A DNA stretch of 64,000 bases from an uncultured virus (IMG/VR IMGVR_UViG_3300025009_000009) (taxonomy: Duplodnaviria > Heunggongvirae > Uroviricota > Caudoviricetes): IMG/VR virus record IMGVR_UViG_3300025009_000009, positions 1-64,000 of that record. One strand, given 5' to 3'. Within the stretch, counting starts at the first letter, position 1. Every line of letters starts with the position of its first letter. Positions 56,849 through 64,000 of the stretch are shown one piece after another. Under the pieces are notes generated by a model. It did not search any database, was not told the DNA's origin, and saw only the letters and a program-made list of their open reading frames with translations. A program made the position numbers and the translations under genes.

Positions 56849-57115
56849 ATGTTTGAAAAAATTATTTATTATTATCTAACGTTAGTTGATATACCTAATA
56901 TATTTAATATTTATAATAAACCTTACGTTGAACAGAACGTTAGAACATATACATTTTTCGAACTTACTGATGTAGAAAATTATAGTGATGAGTATTTAAA
57001 TAAACAGTTATTTTTTCTAGTACACCTAAATGATCCAGAATTTGTATATAACTATGATGAATATTTGTTAACTATATTAAACGAAATAGAATATAGAAAG
57101 ATAATTAACTCTTGA
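56849..57115 (+). CDS. Hypothetical protein
   Basis: GGAG RBS. Confidence 0.55.
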   Translation: MFEKIIYYYLTLVDIPNIFNIYNKPYVEQNVRTYTFFELTDVENYSDEYLNKQLFFLVHLNDPEFVYNYDEYLLTILNEIEYRKIINS

Positions 57116-57140
57116 CTGTTTTTAAAAGCTATGTTATAAT
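57112..57140 (+). promoter_or_regulatory. Sigma70-type promoter
   Basis: TTGACT-N17-TATAAT with TGn. Confidence 0.75.
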
Positions 57141-57146
57141 TAGATA

Positions 57147-57240
57147 TTCTCAGAAAAGCCTCCTTCTGAGATAGACAAGGAAGTCGATAGTATCCTCTTA
57201 TATGGTAGATAAAGAAATGAATTTTTTATCTATCCTTTTA
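57147..57240 (+). ncRNA. Small RNA / attenuator candidate with anti-SD loop
   Basis: Promoter, three hairpins, last followed by TTTT. Confidence 0.55.
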
Positions 57241-57253
57241 TAAAGAGAATTAT

Positions 57254-57937
57254 ATGGGTAATTTAATTACATTGGAAGAGTTTAAAAAACTATTAGATAA
57301 TAAAAAATATTTATTATCTGATAAATCAACAAATAAAATTCCTGCGGTTGTTCTAGATATAGATGATTGCCTACTAAATTTTATAGTAACTCTAATACTT
57401 CTTTTTAATAAAATAAATAACACAAATATAAACACAAACCAAATCATAGAATGGAATTTTGAAAGTATCTTACTGAAAGACGATATTAATAATAGTTTTA
57501 TACAAGGTAAAGATATTCGAAATTTTATGAAAAGCTATGAAAAAGAAATTTTAACTTTATTGACACCTCTTCAATATGTTAACGACACATTAAATATAAT
57601 TAACAAATTAGGTTATAAAATAATACTTTTAACAGCAAGAGATAAAAAACATACAAAAACCACAAGGTTTAATCTATCACATAATGGTATTTTATACGAT
57701 AAAATTATTTTTAATTCGAACAAAAAGGAAATAATTAAACAATTATCAAAAAAATACAATATAGAATTATATATCGATGATAATGTTAATAATATAGTTA
57801 ACGTTAATAGTCTAGGTTTAGTTAAAAATATATGTATGGTAAATCAAGCTCATAATATATATAAAAATATACCAAATAACATTAAAAGAATTGATGGTAT
57901 ATATGAAACAATTTCTTTATTAAAAGAAATAGATTAG
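57254..57937 (+). CDS. HAD-family 5'(3')-nucleotidase-like phosphatase
   Basis: LDIDDCL, LTAR, K, YIDD. Confidence 0.8.
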   Translation: MGNLITLEEFKKLLDNKKYLLSDKSTNKIPAVVLDIDDCLLNFIVTLILLFNKINNTNINTNQIIEWNFESILLKDDINNSFIQGKDIRNFMKSYEKEILTLLTPLQYVNDTLNIINKLGYKIILLTARDKKHTKTTRFNLSHNGILYDKIIFNSNKKEIIKQLSKKYNIELYIDDNVNNIVNVNSLGLVKNICMVNQAHNIYKNIPNNIKRIDGIYETISLLKEID

Positions 57938-57947
57938 AAGGATATAA

Positions 57948-58193
57948 ATGAAAATAAACATAAATCATTATAGAACAGGTAAGAAAATATTAGAAAACTA
58001 TTTAAAAATGTTTCCTAATACTGAAAAATCACAACTACTAGCTGAATTTTCAGCAACTCAAGGAGTACCATTATTGATATGTTATTACTTTCTAGGTGAA
58101 TTACAAGGGTTTGATGATTTTATACGTAATAAGATTATAGAATATAAGAAATACTACGATATTGATATGATGGAAGGAGAAACTTATGAATAA
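57948..58193 (+). CDS. Hypothetical protein
   Basis: AAGGA RBS. Confidence 0.6.
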   Translation: MKININHYRTGKKILENYLKMFPNTEKSQLLAEFSATQGVPLLICYYFLGELQGFDDFIRNKIIEYKKYYDIDMMEGETYE

Positions 58194-58527
58194 TCTAGAT
58201 ACTAATATAATATATGTAACAAAAACTAAAGATTATACTATGTTATATGCTAAAATTACAGCTATTGGTAAACATAATGTTTGTTATGATAGATGTAAAG
58301 ATTTAAATGATCTAAACTCTGGATTAGCTATGGAAGAATGTTCTAGTATAGATGATTTTAGGTCTTTTTTTGAAGAATATAAAGAAAAGCCTAAAAAAGT
58401 AACATTATATCGTTATTTATATGATGGGGCTGGTGGAATACTTCATTTAAGTGAGTGGAGTAGTGAAAAAAAAGAAAAACAAACATGGATACTTATGGAA
58501 TTTACTAAAGAAATAGATTTAGAATAA
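58186..58527 (+). CDS. Hypothetical protein
   Basis: AAGGAG RBS. Confidence 0.6.
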   Translation: MNNLDTNIIYVTKTKDYTMLYAKITAIGKHNVCYDRCKDLNDLNSGLAMEECSSIDDFRSFFEEYKEKPKKVTLYRYLYDGAGGILHLSEWSSEKKEKQTWILMEFTKEIDLE

Positions 58528-58538
58528 GGAATACAACA

Positions 58539-58760
58539 ATGAGTAAAAAACTAAAGCCTGAAGTAACTGATCCTACAACAAAACTAATATTATCTATACA
58601 AGATGTTGGTTGGGGTTTTATTGTACCAGCTGCTAGTGATAAAGATGATGTGATAAATGGTATGTTAATTGGTAATAATGAATTTTTAGATTTAGTACAT
58701 AGTTATTTACCAGAAAACTTCGCTCAGATTCTTAAAGAGAAAATGGAAAAGAAAGGATAA
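58539..58760 (+). CDS. Hypothetical protein
   Basis: AAGGA RBS. Confidence 0.6.
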   Translation: MSKKLKPEVTDPTTKLILSIQDVGWGFIVPAASDKDDVINGMLIGNNEFLDLVHSYLPENFAQILKEKMEKKG

Positions 58761-58762
58761 TT

Positions 58763-59167
58763 ATGATAACACTTAAAGAGGTTATTGGAGATATAGATTT
58801 CGATGAATTAGACGAACAGATACAAGATAATATAATAGATCTTCTGGATAAAATTAACATAATTAGAAAAGCTTGGAATAAACCAATGATTGTTACATCA
58901 GGGTTTAGAACTATGGAAGATCATATAAGAGTATATAGAGAAAAAGGAATAACTGATGTAACTAAAATACCTATGAAATCGTTACATTTAACAGGAAAAG
59001 CTATTGACATATATGATCCAAATTTTGAGTTAACAGATTGGTGTAAATTAAATAATAGTAAAATACTAAAAGAAGTGGGGTTATGGTGTGAAGATGATAA
59101 GTCAGTAAAAAGATTACATTTTCAAACGAGTCCTCCTCGTAGTGGTAGTCGATGGTTTAAACCTTAA
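58763..59167 (+). CDS. Peptidase M15 family protein (endolysin candidate)
   Basis: VTSGFR, SLHLTGKAID, LHFQ. Confidence 0.85.
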   Translation: MITLKEVIGDIDFDELDEQIQDNIIDLLDKINIIRKAWNKPMIVTSGFRTMEDHIRVYREKGITDVTKIPMKSLHLTGKAIDIYDPNFELTDWCKLNNSKILKEVGLWCEDDKSVKRLHFQTSPPRSGSRWFKP

Positions 59168-59177
59168 AGGAGTTAAT

Positions 59178-59624
59178 ATGGAATTTATAAGAAATATACA
59201 AGCTAATATTATTGTTTTTTATGAAACGGTTAAAAGATTTTTCTATTATGGTTGGAAACTAAGAAAGAATGGAGATTGGGATTATAATTACTTATATAAG
59301 ATCATACATCTTAAGATTTGTAATATAGAAAAAGCTATAAAAAATGATAAACTACATAGTTGGTCTAAACGAGATTTTAGAGATCTTAAAATAGCTAAGA
59401 ATTGTTTAGATAGACTAATAAACGACAGATATACAGTATATAGTAATGAAGATAGATATCTTGAAAGAAAAGTACATCCTGAATTTGGTATAGTTTATAG
59501 TATTAAACCTGATAAACTTAAATTTTATAAAAAATCTTTAGAAAAAGAACAATATCTACGTAATCAAGATATGGATATGTTTTGTAAGATACTAAAAGAA
59601 AGAAGTACCCGATGGTGGATATAA
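59178..59624 (+). CDS. Hypothetical protein
   Basis: AAGGAG RBS before ATG 59178. Confidence 0.6.
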   Translation: MEFIRNIQANIIVFYETVKRFFYYGWKLRKNGDWDYNYLYKIIHLKICNIEKAIKNDKLHSWSKRDFRDLKIAKNCLDRLINDRYTVYSNEDRYLERKVHPEFGIVYSIKPDKLKFYKKSLEKEQYLRNQDMDMFCKILKERSTRWWI

Positions 59625-59628
59625 TACT

Positions 59629-60132
59629 ATGTTAAAGTATATAGTAAACAAAGATACTATAAATCTATGTAAACAGTTTGCTTTAGATTCAGTAGAAAGT
59701 AGCTTAGATGAATATTCAAAACGCAATCAATCAAACAAAGAATTAATCATTCAACAAATATTTGAAGGTAAGGTAGCAGAATTTGCTGTGTATCAATATT
59801 ACAAAGATAGACAACTTGATTGTACTTTACCTGATATATCAATTTATACCAAAAGAAAAAAGTCATTCTCATCAGATTTACAAGTAGGTATGTATCATAT
59901 ACATGTTAAATCACAAAATTTAAGTTCACAAAGAAGATATGGTAAGTCTTGGTTATTTCAAGCTAAAGATCCTTTGTTTAAAAAAGCTACAGAATACGAT
60001 ATATGTGTGTTCTGTACTGTTGATGAAAACGTTGTAACTATTGAATTAAAGGATCAATTTGTTAATCTTACATTTTCAGAACCTAAATTAGATAAATTAA
60101 AAGGAAATAAAAAAGCTTTTTATCTTGACTAA
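59629..60132 (+). CDS. Putative PD-(D/E)xK-like nuclease
   Basis: GKVAEFAV..SDL..IHVKS pattern. Confidence 0.45.
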   Translation: MLKYIVNKDTINLCKQFALDSVESSLDEYSKRNQSNKELIIQQIFEGKVAEFAVYQYYKDRQLDCTLPDISIYTKRKKSFSSDLQVGMYHIHVKSQNLSSQRRYGKSWLFQAKDPLFKKATEYDICVFCTVDENVVTIELKDQFVNLTFSEPKLDKLKGNKKAFYLD

Positions 60133-60153
60133 AATTTAAAATTAGTTTATACT
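60125..60153 (+). promoter_or_regulatory. Sigma70-type promoter
   Basis: TTGACT-N17-TATACT. Confidence 0.7.
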
Positions 60154-60172
60154 TTATAAATAACGACGATGC

Positions 60173-60238
60173 TCAGGTAGCTCCTGACTGATCTATGGGA
60201 TAACGGTTAGCCATAGTAAGAATAACAAAAATCCGTTA
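60173..60238 (+). ncRNA. Hairpin plus H-type pseudoknot leader candidate
   Basis: UCAGG/CCUGA; CUAUGG/CCAUAG; UAACGG/CCGUUA. Confidence 0.6.
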
Positions 60239-60254
60239 CAATTAAAGGATATAT

Positions 60255-60380
60255 ATGTTTTTAATTATTTTTTGGTTAGGAGCAGCTACTACAGTTACAG
60301 CTATTGGAATTGATAGTGATTGGAAGTTTGAGTTAAATGGTATAAAATTATATAAAGAAGAAAGAGCAATAAAGGAGTAA
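60255..60380 (+). CDS. Small hydrophobic protein (41 aa, not in ORF track)
   Basis: AAAGGA RBS; MFLIIFWLGAATTVTAIG... Confidence 0.55.
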   Translation: MFLIIFWLGAATTVTAIGIDSDWKFELNGIKLYKEERAIKE

Positions 60381-60384
60381 TTTT

Positions 60385-60597
60385 ATGAAAAAAGCGATTT
60401 TAATTAGTGATAATACATCGATAAATAGAGTTAAAAAAATTTTTAAAAATATAAAGAACATTACAAATGATATTGATACGTTGCGTGGTGAAAAATATGA
60501 TGAAATTATAATCGTTGATGGTACAAATATAAAAAATTTTGAATATATTATGGACACATTAAAATCTATTTCTGATAAAATAACATTTTATATATAG
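60385..60597 (+). CDS. Hypothetical protein
   Basis: AAGGAG RBS. Confidence 0.55.
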   Translation: MKKAILISDNTSINRVKKIFKNIKNITNDIDTLRGEKYDEIIIVDGTNIKNFEYIMDTLKSISDKITFYI

Positions 60598-60605
60598 AGG
60601 AATAT

Positions 60606-60965
60606 ATGATACTATACGATGTAGTCAAAAAAGAACTAATAAAATTTAAAGCTGTTACTGATGATAATGGTAATGAAATCTTTGTAGAAAACATATTCGA
60701 ACAAGATGGAACACTATACTCAAATAAAGAACAAGCAATAAAAGAACTAACTAGAATTACTGAAGAACATGAAAAAAACTTAAAAGATACTGGTGATTGG
60801 TACTTATTACTTAATCCTCAACAGCTTCAACAAGGTTATCACTATACATACGATACAGGTAATGAAGTAATTGAATTCTTTATTCTTGAAAGAGAAATAG
60901 ATATAAAACTTTGTTCCTGTCCCCGTCCTTCTGATGATAATGATGGTATGATACAATTTGATTAA
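60606..60965 (+). CDS. Hypothetical acidic protein
   Basis: GAGG RBS. Confidence 0.6.
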   Translation: MILYDVVKKELIKFKAVTDDNGNEIFVENIFEQDGTLYSNKEQAIKELTRITEEHEKNLKDTGDWYLLLNPQQLQQGYHYTYDTGNEVIEFFILEREIDIKLCSCPRPSDDNDGMIQFD

Positions 60966-60974
60966 TGGAGATAT

Positions 60975-61112
60975 ATGACGAAGATTTTAAACCTTCTTAA
61001 ACAAAGAATAGAAGTACATTTAAGTGGTTTTAACGTAAGAGAGAAAGATATACCAGAGTTAACGAAACTTATATTAGAAGAAATAGAAGATTTACTGAAG
61101 GATAAGAAATGA
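60975..61112 (+). CDS. Small hypothetical protein (45 aa, not in ORF track)
   Basis: GGAG RBS; ATGA overlap with rtcB. Confidence 0.5.
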   Translation: MTKILNLLKQRIEVHLSGFNVREKDIPELTKLILEEIEDLLKDKK

Positions 61113-62287
61113 AATATATAGACACTGAAAATGTTATAATTAAAAGTTGGTGTAATGAACCTGAAGAAAGTACTATAGAACAAGCTAAAAATCTAGCAAA
61201 TCTTCCTTTTGTATTTAGACAAGTTTGTTTAATGCCAGACACACATATGGGTCATGGTATGCCTATTGGTGGAGTTTTAGCTACTAAAGGTGTTGTAATT
61301 CCAAACGCTGTTGGTGTTGATATTGGGTGTGGAATGTATTGTGTTAAAACCTCATTAAAAGTAAACGAAATAGATACTGAAACTATAAAAAAAATAATGA
61401 CTATAATTAGAAAAAAAGTACCTGTAGGATTTGCTCACCACCAAAAAGAACAGCCATTACAATATATACCAAAAATTGACAATAATTTATTTTTTACTCA
61501 TGAGTTATATATTATAAATAATGAATTTTCATCGGCTATGAAACAAGTTGGTACATTAGGTGGTGGTAATCATTTTATTGAAATTCAAAAAGGATCTGAT
61601 GGTTATGTATATTTTATGATACATACAGGAAGTAGAAATTTAGGTAAAAAAGTATGTGATTATTATAATAAAATAGCTAGAGATATAAATGATAAATGGT
61701 TTTCTAAAGTACCTAAAGAATGGGATTTAGCGTTTTTACCATTGGATACAAGAGAAGCTAAACTATATATAAACGAAATGACATTTTGTTTAGAGTTTGC
61801 GTTTTTAAATAGAAAACTTATTGCCGAAAGAATAAAAGAATCGTTTTTAGATGTTATTTCTTGCTCTTTTACTGATGAAATTAATATACATCATAATTAT
61901 GCAGCTATTGAACATCATTTTGATTCTAATGTTGTTGTACATAGAAAAGGAGCTACATCGGCTAGAGATGGTGAATTAGGATTAATACCAGGATCACAAG
62001 GAACATCTTCTTATATAGTTAGAGGAAAAGGAAACGTAGAATCGTTCATGAGTTGTTCACATGGTGCTGGTAGAAAACTTAGTAGAACAAAAGCTAGAAA
62101 TGAATTAAATTTAGAAAATGAACAAAAGATTTTAAACGATAAAGGTATTATACATTCAATAAGAAATCAAGAAGATTTAGATGAAGCTAGTAATGCATAT
62201 AAAGATATTGATATAGTAATGGAAGAACAAAAAGATTTGGTTGATATTTTAATAAAACTAGAACCTATGGGTGTAATCAAAGGATAA
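61109..62287 (+). CDS. rtcB: RtcB RNA ligase
   Basis: MPDTH.G..PIG, GVDIGCG, GTLGGGNHFIE, HTGSR, HHN, HRKGA, SHGAGR. Confidence 0.95.
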   Translation: MKYIDTENVIIKSWCNEPEESTIEQAKNLANLPFVFRQVCLMPDTHMGHGMPIGGVLATKGVVIPNAVGVDIGCGMYCVKTSLKVNEIDTETIKKIMTIIRKKVPVGFAHHQKEQPLQYIPKIDNNLFFTHELYIINNEFSSAMKQVGTLGGGNHFIEIQKGSDGYVYFMIHTGSRNLGKKVCDYYNKIARDINDKWFSKVPKEWDLAFLPLDTREAKLYINEMTFCLEFAFLNRKLIAERIKESFLDVISCSFTDEINIHHNYAAIEHHFDSNVVVHRKGATSARDGELGLIPGSQGTSSYIVRGKGNVESFMSCSHGAGRKLSRTKARNELNLENEQKILNDKGIIHSIRNQEDLDEASNAYKDIDIVMEEQKDLVDILIKLEPMGVIKG

Positions 62288-62290
62288 AAA

Positions 62291-62485
62291 ATGAAACAAC
62301 AAGTAACACAAAATTCTAATGGTATTGGATTTATAGGACTACTAACTATTGTATTTATTACGCTAAAACTATGTGGAGTCATAGCTTGGAGTTGGTGGTG
62401 GGTATTAAGTCCTATATTGTTATCAACAGGAATAGCTATTATTATACTTATTGTAATGTTCTTAATATTAATGTTAGCTAAATAA
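62291..62485 (+). CDS. Small two-TM phage membrane protein
   Basis: LKLCGVIAWSWWWVLSPI. Confidence 0.7.
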   Translation: MKQQVTQNSNGIGFIGLLTIVFITLKLCGVIAWSWWWVLSPILLSTGIAIIILIVMFLILMLAK

Positions 62486-62495
62486 GGAATATACT

Positions 62496-62828
62496 ATGAA
62501 TGAAAAGAAAGAAATTAAAATAGAAGATTTAAGAATAGGTCAAGAAGTTTGGTATCTTGATATAATATATAAAGTTATGGGGTTGTATGGAAGAACTAAC
62601 TCTATAACTATTTCAAATGGTTGTAATACATATTATGTTAAACCTTATGTGTTATCTTTAACTCCACCAAAGAAGAAGATAAAGAAAACTAAAACTTTAT
62701 GGTTTAACATATATCCAGAGGATATAATATGTTTACATTCATCACAAGAATTCGCTAAAAGCGTTTCAAGTAATTGCTTAATAGCGACAATATCACAAAC
62801 AATTGAATGGGAAGAAGATGAAAAATAA
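62496..62828 (+). CDS. Hypothetical protein
   Basis: AAGGA RBS. Confidence 0.6.
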   Translation: MNEKKEIKIEDLRIGQEVWYLDIIYKVMGLYGRTNSITISNGCNTYYVKPYVLSLTPPKKKIKKTKTLWFNIYPEDIICLHSSQEFAKSVSSNCLIATISQTIEWEEDEK

Positions 62829-63045
62829 AGAAAAGTTTAACTGTGATAAATGTAAGAAAGCTACACAAGAACTATATGTATTAAATAATAACAATAGTTT
62901 AGTTGCTACTACCGATCCAAGAGATACTTGGATCTGCTACAAATGTGGAGCTGAACATATTAAAGACTTTGAGAAAAGCGTAGGAGCTGCTAGATGCTTT
63001 CTAGAAGCCTTAGGTTACATTCAAAGAGAAGATCAAGAAGAATAA
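62818..63045 (+). CDS. Zinc-finger protein
   Basis: CDKC..CYKC. Confidence 0.6.
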   Translation: MKNKEKFNCDKCKKATQELYVLNNNNSLVATTDPRDTWICYKCGAEHIKDFEKSVGAARCFLEALGYIQREDQEE

Positions 63046-63102
63046 TAACATATTAACTAAGAACGCTGAATAAGCCTATTTCTGTGATCCTAGGAGCCTA
63101 TT

Positions 63103-63570
63103 TTGAAAATATATCGATATAGCCTAAAAAAGATACCTCGTTCAATACTTGCTGAATTGATTATGATGGATGATCAATTTGAATATGCTAGATGGGATAT
63201 AGATACATGGCATAGCTTAGGTATGGATTTTTATTTAAATCAAGATAAATACGATTTATTTTTAATAGAGAATTGGTATGGTTTTGTTATTGGTTATGCT
63301 TTCTTTAGAAAAGATCCAGAAAGCTATCATCTCATGAAAATGGCTATCGTATCCAAAGATCAGTCTAAAGGGTTAGGAACTAAGCTTTTTGAGTATGTTA
63401 AAAACTATTACAAAGGAAAGCATGAAACTTATAATATAACATTGGAAGTGAAAGAAGACAATGTCAAGGGTATTGGTTTATATAAAAAGACAGGATTTGA
63501 AGAATTGCAAAAACTTGAGAACTATTATGCTGAAAACATACATGGTATCAAAATGATACTAAAAGTTTAA
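63103..63570 (+). CDS. GNAT acetyltransferase (RimI-like)
   Basis: QSKGLGTKL, LEVKEDN..GLYKKTGF..NYY; AGGAG before TTG. Confidence 0.85.
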   Translation: MKIYRYSLKKIPRSILAELIMMDDQFEYARWDIDTWHSLGMDFYLNQDKYDLFLIENWYGFVIGYAFFRKDPESYHLMKMAIVSKDQSKGLGTKLFEYVKNYYKGKHETYNITLEVKEDNVKGIGLYKKTGFEELQKLENYYAENIHGIKMILKV

Positions 63571-63755
63571 TTTCGTAATACTCAATAATTGGTTGCGTCT
63601 TTTTCCAATTATCTCTCCTAAGCCTCGATTCACTATCGTTCATTGTTCGGCTACTCCATCCAACGCTAAGCATCAAATAAACAGAGTTAGTCCTAATTAT
63701 GCATTGCATTAATAAAAGCTAAGTTAAAAATATTTTTTGGCTATGTAATTTACAC

Positions 63756-63784
63756 TTGACAACCTTCGGCTAATATTATATACT
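63756..63784 (+). promoter_or_regulatory. Sigma70-type promoter
   Basis: TTGACA-N17-TATACT. Confidence 0.75.
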
Positions 63785-63813
63785 AATCAATATACTAAAC
63801 AAAGAGGTGCTAC

Positions 63814-64000
63814 ATGACTCTAACACAATTTGAAGAATTTATGGACTATCTAGATAAGAACGATGAAGCTATGCCTACATCTATGTTATTGAAAGAACAA
63901 GAAATTATAAGTCTAAAAATAGATATGCTTACTCAAAACTACAATTCTTGGGCTGGACTTGTAAACATAACAAACAGTGAGATACTCTTTGTAAATACAA
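63814..64000 (+). CDS. Hypothetical protein (3' truncated by window)
   Basis: GAGGT RBS; open to window end. Confidence 0.6.
   Translation, partial: MTLTQFEEFMDYLDKNDEAMPTSMLLKEQEIISLKIDMLTQNYNSWAGLVNITNSEILFVNT

Noticed and set aside
2849..62382. Short - strand ORFs opposite early/accessory genes (e.g. 2849-3037, 6376-6594, 11215-11454, 60962-61183)
   Set aside because: Antisense shadows overlapping well-supported genes

Overview
64 kb of an AT-rich (roughly 25-30% GC by eye) lytic, podovirus-like dsDNA phage genome; the host cannot be assigned from the sequence. There are three blocks. (i) + strand 1-14.6 kb: early/replication genes, including DUF4116-type repeat proteins, a DenV-like glycosylase, a family-B DNA polymerase split into two ORFs, a macrodomain, a phosphoesterase, an HNH-AP2 nuclease, a ClpP-like protease, a dNMP kinase and a RuvC-like resolvase. 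(ii) - strand 14.8-53.7 kb: virion/lysis module with an intein-bearing terminase, portal, scaffold, a major capsid gene interrupted by an 879-nt group I intron carrying a LAGLIDADG ORF, fibre/decoration proteins, tail tubes, ejection proteins and lysis genes. (iii) + strand 54.1-64 kb: accessory genes (SLOG, dUTPase, HAD, M15 peptidase, RtcB, GNAT). The most striking unannotated signals are non-coding: six copies of a late-promoter-like motif TTATCAAGTATTAATG; a symmetrically spaced six-half-site TGTTCA/TGAACA array at the convergence point; two divergent, partly complementary structured RNAs at the early/late divergence; two RNA elements displaying an anti-Shine-Dalgarno sequence; and a pseudoknotted leader. 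In addition, a 10-aa peptide is shared, through different codons, between a tiny late protein and an ejection protein. No tRNA, rRNA, CRISPR array, integrase or reverse transcriptase was recognised. Family assignments rest on motif recognition, not database searches.
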